Source: Octopus bimaculoides
Taxonomy: Eukaryota
Reading direction: 5' to 3'
Length of the DNA stretch: 64,000 nucleotides
NCBI RefSeq assembly: GCF_001194135.2
Contig: NC_068996.1
Coordinates: forward strand, 2,545,880 to 2,609,879
Both the position numbers and the translations under genes were made by a program. The stretch's first letter is position 1, and the number at the start of each line of letters is the position of its first letter. Shown in pieces: positions 50,571 through 63,840 of this stretch. Under the pieces are notes generated by a model. That model did no database searches. It was not told where the DNA came from and saw nothing but the letters and a program-made list of their open reading frames with translations.

Positions 50571-53106
50571 CAGTAGTTCTTAACTTGAGTTCAATCAAAC
50601 CCCAGGGGTTTGTTGAGTCAGTCTCAGGGGTTCGGAGGGGTCAAGACACACTCAGTATAGCCCGGTTCACACTAGCAATGTTGGGCTGTTTTTGTTGGTC
50701 ATTGAAAAATTGACTGCTGACAATTTGGCAACACACAATTTTTCTTTGCCATGTTAGATTACAAACATTTAGTTGCTTAGTAAAAAATGATAAAATAGTT
50801 TATTAAAAGATAAATTATGATAATAATATAATATTTAATTTTAAAATATTAATTTATAAATAAATAAATAAATAATTTTTAAAAAGTATTTTGAACACAG
50901 CCCAGGTGTATGTGTGTGTGTGTGTGTGTGTCCACTCTGTTCAGCCCACTCATATTATTTGTGACGTCATGCACCGCATGGCCATCAGTGGCTGCACCGC
51001 ATGGCCATCATGCTACGTCACTTGGCTTTGATATCTGTGCTGCAATAAACTTGGTGTGCTCAGTAGTCGAATTGTGGCTGTTGTGATTGTACGTCATTTG
51101 TGATATCCTTTTAATCTTTCAAACCCTTCATACTATGTCAATCAAAAAAAAAAAAAGAAAGTGGCTGGGTGAAAACATACAATATGGATTTACATGTATA
51201 AAGGAATATGTTGGGAATCAGCATTGTTAATGCATGATCTGCAATGCCAAGTTGAGCAATTCTAGTCTAGCAACTAAGAGAACACTTCCTAAAGCTGCAT
51301 GGAGATGGGAAATACAAAAGCACAACGCTCACTGAATTCATGGTGAAGAGAGCCAGATTCAATGAAAAGGCTACTCTGCCTGTTCTTGGCTTTGTATCCA
51401 TCAACAAACTGATCCTCACAACATCATACTTAGTTGCATATCTGATCACAAAGCAGGGCAAACCACACACCATTGATGAAACACTCAAAACCAGCTGCAT
51501 TAAAGATGGTGGATATCATGCTGAGAAAAGCTGCTGAAGATCAGTTATCTCAAGTTCCTCTATCAACAGTAGAATATACGACACGGGTGATGACATCTTG
51601 GCTCAAGTCATTGAAGATCTCATTTCAAGCCCAGTAAAATTCAGCCTCCGACGTTTCCAACCTAAGCCTGCTTGTTGTATTTGTGTGCTATGTGAAAGAT
51701 GACATGATAAGGAAGTTTTTTTTTATATTTTGTAAGCCTCTTACAACAACAATCAAAGCAGCCAATGTGAAGAAACGCATGGATGACTTCTTCAGAAACA
51801 ACATGCTTTTAATAGATTGTTCGGACAGAGCTCCAGCCCTGCTGGGACAACACACTGGTTATGGAGCACTGGTAAAATCTGATGCACCACACATCATTGT
51901 TATGCACTGTGTTCTGCAGAGGCATGTGTTGATAACAAAAACCTTGCCTCCAAAACTGGCAGTTGAATGTGCGCACTATGTGCGAAATAGTGCTATGAAG
52001 CACCGTATCTTCAAAGAGCTTTGTAATGAAATGAGCTCTGAATTCGAGATACTTCAATACCATTCTAACATTCGGTGGTTATCCTGGGGATCGGAGCTGA
52101 ATCTTTTTTTTGCCATGCATGTGAAATTTATCCTGTTTTTATGAGCGTACCAACATTGTCATGCAGATTGCTTTGAAAATTCTGAGTTCATTCTCATTTT
52201 GGCATACATGGCCAATATTTATGATGCTCTCAATCATCTCAATTGACAGATGCAGGGCAGTGGGGCTAACATCACTGAAGTAGAAGAAAGCCTGAAGGTG
52301 TTTTAAAAAAGGCTTCCTTTATAGAAATGACAAACACAGAACGATAACTTCACAAACTTTCTCCTGCTGGACGACTGTGTAAGTAAGATTGAAGATGTGT
52401 CTGGAATTGGAGACTTTTCTCTACCTGGGGAGATGAAGCAAGCAATTGCCATGTACTTAGATGAGCTTGCAAAGTCTCGACGGATACATCCCACCAGAGA
52501 GTCATATGCAGCATAGGTGAGACAGCTGTTCATATTTAGCGTTGCAACAGCAGATGTCAACAATATATACCTTGATGAACTCATTGAACTTCAGCAGAGC
52601 CAGCTTCAACAGCAACTCTTCAGAACAACACCACTCTCAACATTATGCTGTCACCAAATCATACCATATCCTCTTATTGTTAAGAAAGCACTTGAGATAC
52701 TCACACCATTTGTCTCAATGAATCTTTGTGAGCAATCCTTTATGAGGATGGTAGACAGGAAAACTAAGAAAAGGAACAGACTTTGTTGTGAAAATAATAT
52801 GAGAATGACACTTGCCAAAGCCGTGCAATTCTGAACTTGTAACTGAAAGGCAACAGCAAAAGTCACATTTATTTGCAGTAAATATTCATTGAGTTATGTT
52901 TTTGTGTGAAATCCATGTTTTGTTGGTTTTGTTCTTTGAACACAGTGATTTGTGTGCGTTGCTGATGCATGGTCCATTTTGTGCATTAATAAAATATATA
53001 CCTGTTTTTTGAAGAAATATTGTATTTTTCCAATTACAAAGGGTTTGGTGAATGCACTGATGAAGCTTGCAGCGTTCAGTCTTTTCAATAATCTTAAGAA
53101 CCACTG
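50571..53106 (+). mobile_element. Full-span Buster-type hAT DNA transposon, 2536 bp
   Basis: TIR CAGTAGTTCTTAAC vs CAGTGGTTCTTAAG; identical 8-bp TSD TTATAGAT (50563-50570, 53107-53114); internal transposase remnants. Confidence 0.95.
51135..52870 (+). pseudogene. Disrupted hAT (Buster/ZBED5-like) transposase
   Basis: MSIKKKKRKW...QYGF start, CSDRAPALLG (catalytic D region), MHCVLQRH (CxxH motif altered), NIRWLSWG, LTPFVSMNLCEQSF (catalytic E region); split over several frames. Confidence 0.85.
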
Positions 53107-55179
53107 TTATAGATAATGGCCATGAAAATGACCATTATTATGGAAAAGGCTTCACATTTTTCATGTAAATTATCATTGTGTGTGAAGAATGATGTGTGCA
53201 TGTAATCATTAATTTATTATATAAGTAAAATTATCCATTATATATGCTGTAGTCTCTTTTAGAGAGATTTAGAAATAATAATATTTCTAGTATCAAAATA
53301 AACATATATGTATCATACATAATGTAAATTCATTGTGGAAAATAGATTTACTATTGTATTCATCTAGATGTAATATTTGTATGCTTTGTACTGTGTTTAA
53401 AAAAACACAATACATAATTGGAAGCAGACAAAAATTATTGTGGCAGTGACTAGTGAGTATGCCAGATGCATTTCTGTCTCATTGCAAATTGTCAGTAGCA
53501 TGTACTAAAGGGACACTCAGGAAAGCTGATATAAAGTGATGTTTAGTAATAATTGAATGCAGTAGGTAACAGGCATGAACATACATCTAACACGTGCAGA
53601 TATGTTTTTCCCTAGCTTTTTTTGCAGCTTTCCCATTATGAAATTTATGAGTAAACTAGGCTACATCCTTACAAACAACACATCCAGGCAGGCACAAAAG
53701 TATTAATAAAAAGTATTCTGAAAATATATCAACAAAAATTCAGTAATACATACATTGAATTTAATAGCCAACATTACTGAACATAAATAAATGATAGAAG
53801 GAAGAGATTTAAGGTCTCTCACTTGGATGACCTCTTTAGTATATCTGGCCAAAATATTCTAGATGTTACATGTTGAAACTGGCCAGAGCTGACCTCTCAC
53901 ACCTACTCTACAAGGTCAATCTAAAGATAATCACATCATTGAAATTTTGAAGCTATGAGATAATGGATGATTGATTCATAACAATGTAAATATATAATCA
54001 TTACATTTGACAGAATATTCTGAATGTTAATTGGTTAAAAAAAATTCATTATTTCATTAAAAATGTATGCTATCAAGTGTGTTTTGATTTGGGAAGCTGG
54101 ACAGTTTTAGACTGTCTAGAACTAACTGATACGCCTGCTGTTAGGCAGATTCATGTCGCACAAGGAGTTAAATATGATATTTTTAGTACAAAGTATTACA
54201 ATCTGGCTTTCCATCTTGAACGTTAATGATAATAGTTCTATGGCACATGTGTCTCCCAGTTGTGTCATTTAATATGTTATCGTTATCAATGAAAAATGTA
54301 ACATTAATACAGGAGTATTAACTCTTCATTGTACATCAGTTAGTCTGGACAATAAATCTAACTTACTTCTGGTCATAACATCCTGTATATGCTGACATCA
54401 TTAACAGAAAAAAGAGTCACATATAATTCTCATAACTAATATGCATATCTAATATTTAGGTTTAAAAATCGTGAAAACATGCATATTATACATGAATATA
54501 GTATCTACTACTGTATATAAATATGTACCAGATTGTATTCCTTCTTAAAATTTACGTATTAGCTCATTAGAAGGCTTGTTTCCTTTCTGTGTTGATTTGG
54601 TACTTAGAATATTATCCTGAGATCTGACACCAGCACATTAGCCTTGTGTTTTTCAGTCTTCTTCTGCCCCCAACTCCCACAAATCGTTACTACCTTCTCT
54701 TCATCATCATCATCATAGTCATTATCATCAATTTTAATTAGTATCTCTGCAGTTGCATGAGTTAGACAGGACTACTGCACACCAAGCCACCATTTTCCTT
54801 GGTCTTGAATCATTTCCTCCAAACTTGAGATCCAATATTCTCAGATTCAACTACACCACCAACACTACTACTACTTTTTAGACTTATTCGGTTGATTTCT
54901 ACCAGTTACTGTCATGCTACTTAGTTAAATGTGGGACAACTGCCAGAGGCAGTAATTAAATTAATTGAACTAATTAAGGGTTTGTTTTCTGGAAAGTAAT
55001 TTCTAAAAGTCTATAAATCTGATTGTTTATCAGACTGTTTTAGAAGTTCTCAATTACTCACAACAGCACAACAGTCGACTGTTGCAATGGTAAACCAATA
55101 AAAGAGCTGCTATATACTCTCTGAACTTAATAGAAATAGCAGCCAAATATCTCTCAAATAGCGAGCACATACTGGACAT

Positions 55180-55480
55180 ATAGGTGCAGTTATGGCTGTG
55201 CGGAGAGAAGTTTGCTTTGCAGCCAATATGATTTCAGGTTCAGTCCCACTGCATGGCACCTTGGACAAGTGTCTTCTGTTATAGCCCCAGGCCGACCAAA
55301 GCCTTGTGAGTGGATTTGGTAGATGGAAACTGAAAGAAACCTGTTGTGTGTGTTTTTGCATTTGTCTCCTGTCATCACTTGTAACCACTGCTAGTTTGTT
55401 TACATCCCTGTAACTTTCTAGGGGCAATTTGTTTGACAAAGACTTTTGAGACAGTGCCCTAGCATGTTCACATTTTAGAA
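55180..55480 (+). mobile_element. SINE family A
   Basis: TGGCTGTGCGG A box, GGTTCAGTCCC B box, family A body. Confidence 0.75.
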
Positions 55481-55619
55481 GTAGTCAATGGATTTATAAC
55501 AAGGCTAATACACTGAATGTGTCTGTACACAGGTACCACTGAGCTAACTACGCTTAAACTGGCCATGTATATATTCTACCACTGAATGTATACAGAGGGA
55601 TTCAAAAGTCCTTTCAGTT

Positions 55620-55867
55620 TTATCTTTCTGTCTTTTTTTTTCTTTTTTGTTTCTGTCATTTCACTACAGCTGTGCTGGGGCACCGCATTTAAGAATTTTG
55701 GTCAAACAAATAGACCCTAGTACTTAGTTATTTTAGGCTTAGTATATATTTTGTTGATCACTTTTGCTGAACCGCTATGTTACAGGGATGTAATGACACC
55801 AACACTAGTTTTCATGCAGTCATAGGGCACAAACACTGACTTACACACAGGTGTGTGTGTGTATTTG

Positions 55868-55909
<42 letters not shown>

Positions 55910-56030
55910 AATATATAAGATGAGCTTCTTTCAGTTTCCATCTACCAAGTCCACTTTGGTTAACTCAAGGCTATAGTAGAAGATACTTGCCCATGGTGTT
56001 ATGCTGTGAGACAGAACCGGGAACCATATG
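55620..56030 (-). mobile_element. SINE family A, diverged
   Basis: GTGCTGGGGCACCGC...CTTCTTTCAGTTTCCATCTACC...GAACCGGGAACCATATGG. Confidence 0.75.
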
Positions 56031-56622
56031 GTTGTTTTTTTTTTTAATGCCTCTACTGATTTGGAGGGTTGATGTATAGTAGATAAAAAGATGTTTGCTA
56101 GTTTTTCTTGAAATTCTAATGTTGGTATCACCTCTTTCTCTGATTTTGAATTTAAAAAGCTGGAGAGTTCCAGAAGGCTGTGTTTCCCTCAAGTTATTTA
56201 ACCTTTCAAATCAACAAAGGTTTTCATTTGAGTCAATAGCATTAAATCATTTGAAAGATTCACTAAAGGTGGAATTGCAAGAAGAGTCCCAATTTATTTT
56301 TGTTTCCACATTATTTGGACTTGTATGCTTGATGTGTTGTGCCATTTTTAGGGCACTGAATATTTTCCCCATCTACTATTGGTGATGTTTTCTACAATAT
56401 ATAAATCACTATAAATTTATAAAATAGTGGAGATAGTAGTGATATTATATAAAAGCTAAACTGTGACAAAATATAATTTTTAAAAATTACATTTCATGGA
56501 TAGAAACTTGTGATTCATTCTCTATATCAGCTAGGGTGTATACCTCCAACACTAGATACTATATAAATAGTGTAGTATATATTATATCTTTGTCACTATG
56601 CAGCTGGTAATGTATATATTGA

Positions 56623-56847
56623 TTTCTTTATTGCCCACAGGAGGCTAAATATAGAGGGGCAAGCAAGGACAGTCAAAAGGATTAAGTTGATTACATCGAC
56701 GCCAGTGCGTAACTGGTACTTACTTAATCAACCCCAAAAGGATGAAAGGTAAAGTTGGCGTCGGCAGAATTTGAACTCAGAACATAACGGCAGACAAAAT
56801 ACCACTAAGAATTTTGCGTGGTATGCTAATGATTCTGCCAGCTCGCC
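56623..56847 (-). mobile_element. SINE family B
   Basis: Reverse complement of the 42194 copy, from ATTTCTTTATTGCCCACA to CTGCCAGCTCGCC. Confidence 0.9.
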
Positions 56848-56876
56848 ACCCTAATATGTATATTGTAATATATATA

Positions 56877-57026
56877 NNNNNNNNNNNNNNNNNNNNNNNN
56901 NNNNNNNNNNNNNNNNNNNNNNNNNNNNNNNNNNNNNNNNNNNNNNNNNNNNNNNNNNNNNNNNNNNNNNNNNNNNNNNNNNNNNNNNNNNNNNNNNNNN
57001 NNNNNNNNNNNNNNNNNNNNNNNNNN
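56877..57026. other. Assembly gap (150 N)
   Basis: N run flanked by (TA)n. Confidence 1.
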
Positions 57027-57067
<41 letters not shown>

Positions 57068-57292
57068 ATATATATGGTAATGTATATATGGTAATGTATA
57101 TATTGTACTGGACACCATGTAACTGGTGGTATATATATATTGTACTACCTACATTATAAAACTAGTGATATTTATACTGGATACTATATGTTGTGCATAT
57201 GTTGACCTGCTCACACTATAAGTTAATATTTACTAGTGCTGTTATGATCCCCTTTTAATCTCATCTTTTTTTTTTAAATGCATTACTGTTAA

Positions 57293-57499
57293 CTCATTTG
57301 CATTTAAATTGACCATATCTGGCCCAAATGTTCTGTCTGTTTTATTTTCAAACTGGCCAGACTACGCCTCTTGCTCCTACTCTACAATATCATTCTAAAA
57401 TAAACAATCACATCATCAACATCTCAGTTACAAGATAAACATGGTTAATTGAAAACAAATGAACATTACACTTGTCAGAGTATTCTGAATGCTAAAGGG
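57293..57499. mobile_element. piggyBac-type MITE, same family as 23357
   Basis: TTAA|CTCATTTGCATTT...AATGCTAAAGGG|TTAA. Confidence 0.75.
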
Positions 57500-59912
57500 T
57501 TAAGATATCTGTCGTAGTTGCTATTTATGTAAAAAAATAAAAAAATAAATAAATAAAAATCCACAAGTTTATCATGGCCAATGCATAAATATTAATATTA
57601 GAAAGGCATGGTATCATAAAAATGATCTTTCCAGTAAGACTCTACCATTAAGAACTTAATGGTAGCTTGGGTAAGCTTACTGCAAAGAAATTTAAGGACA
57701 CCTGATAAGAATACTGGATTTGGATCATATTATAGGGTGGAGTGAATGGCTAGGGAATTAAAGGAGTGGAAAACTAACTTTTATTTAGTAACAAAACATT
57801 TCTCAACATGTGAGTGGCAAGTGATATTAGACATGTTAAATATCTAGGCCATATGACAATGAAATATGGTGAGTGCAGAGGTTGAACATTTAGAGTAGAA
57901 CAAATTAACTATTATCTGTTGCAGCATGGAATTTTAACTCATATGGAAGCTAAGGTAATTAACATAAGTGTGTTGAGAAAGTAGCTAATCTGATGTGGGT
58001 AGGAGGGATTAGCACCATCATTATCACCACCACCACCACCACCACCACCACTACCATTACTCCTATCATCATCATCATCATCATCATCATCACATGCTTT
58101 TTTTTTTTTTTTTTTTTTTTTTTGCTTTTAAGCTGTCATAGGTTCAACAGTTTGTCATAGCTTCATATTCATTCTTGTTTGAATTTCTTCATGGTTAGCA
58201 TGTGCTGCAGCTAGTAGAACACATGTCTCATGCTTACATTCCATTTTTGACATTTTTTTGTTATGACTTGGTGCTCTTCCAATCGGTAGCTTTTTTTTTT
58301 TTTCTTTTATAGATTATAACGGGTGTATTTCATTGTGCCATCTGCAGTAGAGAAGTTGCTCCATTATGAGCAGGACTGAAGTGTTTCCTCTAATCTGTAC
58401 TCTTATCCAAAGTTACTTCCCTCTTAAACAAGTAGACTACTAATATGGTCCACTGTGTAATCACCCACCATTCCTCACATTGCTTCACCTATTGTCACAG
58501 TCCTTTGTTTTTCCCCACCACATATCAGGTGTCATCTTTCCATGCCACCTATCATCATCATCCTTTAGTTCATCATACCACATGCCGCCATACTTCTTCT
58601 CTCCACATTATCAGCTATAGTTTGTCTCATCACTCACCATTGTCTTATCTCATCACTCAACAATCTTTTTCTTTCACCATCTATCTTTTGTCTTGCCCCT
58701 ATCATTCTTCTTTGGTCATCAAAAGAAAATACAATCTTTTGTTATGTTTGTTATTATTATTGGCCAGGTTTCTTACAACCAGAGACTGTTACTCTTGTTA
58801 GACATTTTAAAGGAAGGGCTGGACCTTTTTCTATCCACAAGAAAGATTGTTCTAAACACAAAAGCTTAAGAGTATTTTCTAAAAAATGTTGCCTGAATCA
58901 TGCCTACTGTTTTAGTTTGGGTTTGAAGGAGTTAAGGGAATGAGATTGTCCAAGACTGGTTTGCAGGGTTCAGAAAAGTAGGCACACCAGACAGTACTGG
59001 AGATGGAATTCTATGAATAAGTGTGAGTGCTGTATAATAGTTGTTAACCATTCAGAAATATCCATCTCTTTACAGCTAATAACTTAAATGAGAAATACTC
59101 TGGATATAAACTATGTTAGGTTCCACATTCACAATATCCGTACTAATAAATATGAATGTCTCTGCATATGCTTGCATCCACATTGCTTCTTGGCTTATAG
59201 AATAGAGAGATAACACTTACAAAATAAAATGAGAATTCAGGCCCTACCAACACACACACACACACACACACACTGTAATGCACTAGCATACATTCATACA
59301 AATGTGAATTTCTATGTGTGTGTGGCTGCATGTCTTCCTAATTTATAGACTAAGCACCACCAGTGTCCTCCCCCAACAAAAATACATATTCGGAATTGGA
59401 ATATTTCTTCACTACTTTGGTCCACCAGCTTGAAGTGTATCTAATGAGGTAAATATAATGGCTCTGCAAATCACCCTAAAATACCTTTATTTCTTATGAC
59501 TAGCAAAATGCCAACTAAGTAGAAGTGCATAGCATCAATAAGTTGGTTATTGGTTGAAGTATATTTAAACCGATTAGAATTTAGATGATAAACAGTGAGA
59601 ATAATTAACATTTTTGGTACTCCATTAAGTTTTACATGTGCTTCAGCAGTAAAGCACTCCTTGTTGGGATAAGTTAGCACTGAGTAGCAATTTTGTTATT
59701 CATCAGATCTTTCTTCATGAAGAGAAATTCCTGGAACATGAAATGGTAATCAATTTCTTCATTATTAACCCTTTTGAGACTCTCAGTGTTTTGGAATGTG
59801 TTGCCAAAAAAAAAAAACCAAAGTGTTTTTTTCCTTTTGAGCTTGAAATTGTTGCATGCATGTAGAATATAAAGGATAAAATGTCTAAAGTTCTTTCATC
59901 TGTATATTATAT

Positions 59913-61036
59913 TGATGCGACCACCGAAAAACAAATTAATGTTATATCCCTATCTCCCGAGCTGGGTTTGAAACCGTATTCTGGTTGTTGAGGACAATGG
60001 TATTCTTCTGTCCTGTCAACAAGCACAGCTATTTTTAGCGTAGGTGTAATCAATGACTCTTTCCGGTCACGAAAAGTTCAGAAAAGCAAGTGAGGAATTG
60101 TACTGAACTGACCCAGCTCTGGAGCGGGGTAACGTAGGACTGCTGGGTACGGTATCTCTCATAAATACGGGTCGAGTTGGTGCGAGCGGTTGGACAAGCA
60201 GTTGGCGAGAGGAGTTGGCGCGAGGTGGTTGGCCAGAGCAGTTGGCCAGGGAGTTGGATGAAGAACGCGAGGCGGTTGGCCAGAGCAGTTGGCCAGGGAG
60301 TTGGATGAAGAACGCGAGCCGGTGTGAAGGCTAGCAGCCAACCAAGATGAACAGAGAGTCTGACAGACAGAGGCTGAGAAAGTACCAGTCAGTCGATAGG
60401 GACTGAAGCAATGAGAGAGAGGGACAGAGAGATGGAACTGTGTGGCAGCCAAGAGATTGTAGTAGTCAGTTGGTCACTTCTTGTGATTATAGTAGGAGTT
60501 TTAAAAAAAAAAGGAAATTCGTGCGGTGAAGGTTTGTTTAAATATTCTTTAAAAATGTACTTGTTGTTACATGTTTTGAAAGAAGAAAAGAACTTCGTTA
60601 ACTGTGATGTTAACGGGTGGAAAAGAAAAGAAAAGAACTTTGATGGGACATGTTGTTAATGGAAAAAAAAAACAACGAAGTGAAAGAACTTTTAATTCGA
60701 CTTGATATATGAACTCTCGATTGTAAACTGTGATTATGTAATGATTGAAAACCTTTGTATTGTTACATGTGCTTAGAACTTTATTGTTATATGTTAATGA
60801 ATTATTGTTATGCAATGTATTGATGATGTAATGTTTTGATGTAAAAAGAAAAAAATTAGTTCCACTATGCAACGTATCATCTCCGTGTTATTTCTTCCTC
60901 CTTTTGCCTGTTGTCTTCGTTATGTGCTCCGGCTGGGCTTGGTCGTGGTGAACATCCCGACTCACTGAGCGTCGACGTTCGCGTGCGCGCGAGTTTTCTC
61001 TTCGTCGAGGTGCTTTGCATGCGGGCATTCGTAACA
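59913..61036. mobile_element. Probable solo LTR, 1124 bp
   Basis: TG...CA termini (TGATGCG / CGTAACA, 5/7 inverted), 4-bp TSD ATAT (59909-59912, 61037-61040), abrupt rise in GC and CpG, TATA-like ATAAATA at 60161, no adjacent PBS, PPT or gag/pol. Confidence 0.78.
60220..60313. repeat. Two tandem copies of a 47-bp unit inside the LTR
   Basis: GCGAGG(T/C)GGTTGGCCAGAGCAGTTGGCCAGGGAGTTGGATGAAGAAC at 60220 and 60267. Confidence 0.95.
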
Positions 61037-61539
61037 ATATATTATATAGTTTTACATTACATCTACTGAAAGACAACCTCTGAGAAGTTATTACATATCA
61101 AAATGTTTATTTTATTGGGTTGATCAATCAGCCCAGGAGTCCCAAGGAGGTTAAGAACATTTCCTGAGTATAAGATTTCTTTTAAATCATGAGCCAACTT
61201 AGTTTGTCTTTGAAATGGTTTGAAACTCAAATCAAAGTTCATGAATGGTTGAAGTTCTGATTTATTTTCATTGAAACTGTGTTAGATAAGTTGTAGATGA
61301 TAATGTGCATGAGAGATTATCATTGTTTAATGTTCATTTTCCATACAGGATTGGGATGGTTGGTTTAGCAGGAACCAACAAGCTAGAAGACTGTGGAAAG
61401 CTCCAATGTCTGCTTTGGCAGGGGTTCTTCAACTACGTTTCCTTCCTAACAACAAACTGCACTAGGTTCATTTTTCATAACACTGGCTCTAGTAATTTGC
61501 ATGACAAGGTTCCTTAATGCATGTAGAGGTGTAATATTG

Positions 61540-62150
61540 AGGAAGGCGGCTTTATGCTTGATGACGAGAGGCAGGAAAACGGTGTCTTGCAGTACAAGAG
61601 GTACATGGTTACTCCAGCTGGAAAAGGAGAGATGGTGAGGAGGAATCAGGGCATACCTTTAAGTCATAAGAAGGTGAGCCTAAGAGATGTGATCCAGAGG
61701 ATTAGAGGTAAATGGTTTGGTAAAAATATAAGAGTATGAAAGGAAAGTAGCTGGTGAATAGAGATAGAGATAGAGGTGAATTTAGTGGACAGAGATGTGG
61801 TCAATGGTAAATATCAGTTTAGAGGAAGAAAGATGGAGGAAAGAGGATTGGGGAAGGAAAGTGATGGATGGCAGCTCAGATGGTTTACAGTGTTGGTAGC
61901 TTTGCAGAGCTACAGAGTCTGAGGAACAAAGTCAGTGATACACAGGGGTGGAAATAGTGGGTGATGAACATAAGTGGTGGGGGATATACCATTAGCAGAA
62001 TGAGAGAGAGTGTAAAGGAGAAGATTGGAGGTGACAGGGGCATTTAGTGGAAATTAAGATTCTATGGGATGGAAGTGAGAAACAAAGTGCTCTAATGAGT
62101 GAAAGAAAGGGATAAGATATGTTCAGTCCTACTCTGATATAATAGCTGAG
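61540..62150 (-). mobile_element. Possible decayed L2/CR1-type LINE fragment
   Basis: Purine-rich plus strand (CT-rich sense strand, as in L2-group elements); only a vague DH-like remnant. Weak. Confidence 0.3.
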
Positions 62151-62301
62151 TGAATAGTGTCATAGTCAGAATATTGATGGAAGTAGGATGTTAGGAAGAT
62201 GGGGGGGGGGAGAAGATACATCAAGGGCAGCAGATTAGGTACAGGAGCATAGGCACAAAAGATATGGTTCTAGGGTTTTATTTGTGTGTGTGTGATATGC
62301 A

Positions 62302-62338
<37 letters not shown>

Positions 62339-62490
62339 TATATGCTTGTATTTGTGTGTGTGTGTGTTTGATATATGCATGTATTTGTGTGTGTGTATGC
62401 ATACATGCACATTATTTACATATACACAGTTATATGTACATTTGTATAAGTAGTGCTTGAATATATGTATGTATGTGTGCGTTATATGCT

Positions 62491-62530
<40 letters not shown>

Positions 62531-62598
62531 TGTTATATATAAAATTTGTTTTTGGCAGTTTTCTCTCACACATACACATAAACATGTAAATTTATATG

Positions 62599-62635
<37 letters not shown>

Positions 62636-63499
62636 CTTGCAGAATCTGACAAAATTTATTCTCTCTCTCCCTCCCTCTCCTTCTCTCTCTCTCTCCCTCT
62701 CTCTCTCTCTCTCCCTCCCTCTCCTTCTCTTTCTCTCTCTATGTTCAAGAGAAAGAAGCACACAACAGACATACCTCTCAGACAGTATCTTGAATGTCAA
62801 TTTTCTGTGTCAACAACTTCTAAATGCAAGGACACCTTCAATGAAATGAAATATTGTGAAGAAATGTTTTATAGATATCGTTTACGTTCAGATTTGTGGG
62901 TGGTTTTCAAATGGGTACATGTCTTATTTTATTTTCATTATTTGGAGAAACGTATCAACTATGCGTATCTGAATGGATTAAAATTCTTGGTTACAGCATT
63001 ATCATCATGTTACAATATTTGTAACGAACCTAAAATAACGAGATGTAAGGGTACACACTTACAACTTGTGTAATGAATGTGGATTATCTTAATCTCTAAC
63101 ATGTATAGCTTTAAACATGTGATTTGTACATGTATACTTCCACACATACACATACATTCATGGGCATTTTACACCCGTATATTTCTGCGTATACATATTT
63201 ACTTGCAGGCATTTATGATGTACTCTTAAATCCTCATTTTTACTAGACGCCAGCATCCATACACATTTACATTATCATAAATACACATTTATAGATGTAC
63301 GCTTTCTCTTATGTTTTTTCATATAGATTCATTAATGTACTTTTTTATCAGTACAAACACATTCCTACATGTACACATTTACTCATGTTAAAGCAATCTC
63401 CAAGCAAGTACAATTTTGAAATAATGCATGTATATATGCACGCATGCAAACCCAACCACCTGCTTTGTAGTAAAGTCGTAAAAGAAAGCATCTTATTTT

Positions 63500-63840
63500 G
63501 TTCATCTACCTTTAGATCTTTAGAAGATCTTATGATCCTTTGTTTTTTTAATCAAAGAGATGCATTATCTACACGAGTACCTAAGTTCAGGCATATTTTG
63601 CTTTTGTTGTATTGGCATTGTATTCTGCTGCACCAAAAATAAATGTCAAGATGCAACTGAATCTTGGTTTTGGAAACTTCTTGTCGATGGTCTATACGTG
63701 TTCTCTTTCTCTTGTATTTCTCTGACCATATTAGAGTCCAGAGGGCAATTGATTTCCACAATGGAGCTTATTTTGCCTTGTTGTGCCTCACAATATGTAG
63801 CCAGTTGTATTTTGATCTGGTTGCTGTTTTAATTTTTTGA
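63500..63840 (-). mobile_element. Decayed RTE 3' coding fragment
   Basis: Minus frame TRSKYNWLHIVRH...LW...KRKRTR resembles the RTE C-terminal W.GH..R...W...KR.RGR region. Confidence 0.45.

Noticed and set aside
50657-50900. Harbinger-like MITE nested in the hAT 5' region (GCCCGGTTCACACT)
   Set aside because: No convincing matching right terminus or TSD.
51683-52144. Domesticated ZBED5/SCAND3-like host gene
   Set aside because: The frame is broken repeatedly and lies within TIRs and a TSD, so it is a fossil transposon.
2879-53063. Hammerhead ribozymes at CTGATGA sites (2879, 5906, 15544, 42477, 53057)
   Set aside because: By eye none has a stem II followed by GAAA plus stems I and III. An Infernal search would be decisive.
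27269-58430. Other strong-looking acceptors as further exons (about 27269, 35288, 50427, 58311)
   Set aside because: Weak donors, in-frame stops or incompatible phase. The 58130-58430 region reads better as a decayed LINE endonuclease remnant on the minus strand.
60888-61076. Arg-rich 62-aa ORF (and 60159-60452)
   Set aside because: It crosses the LTR boundary or derives from the tandem repeat; no homologous motif.
62741-63073. 110-aa ORF as a gene
   Set aside because: It starts in a (CT)n tract, has no recognisable domain and no good splice sites.
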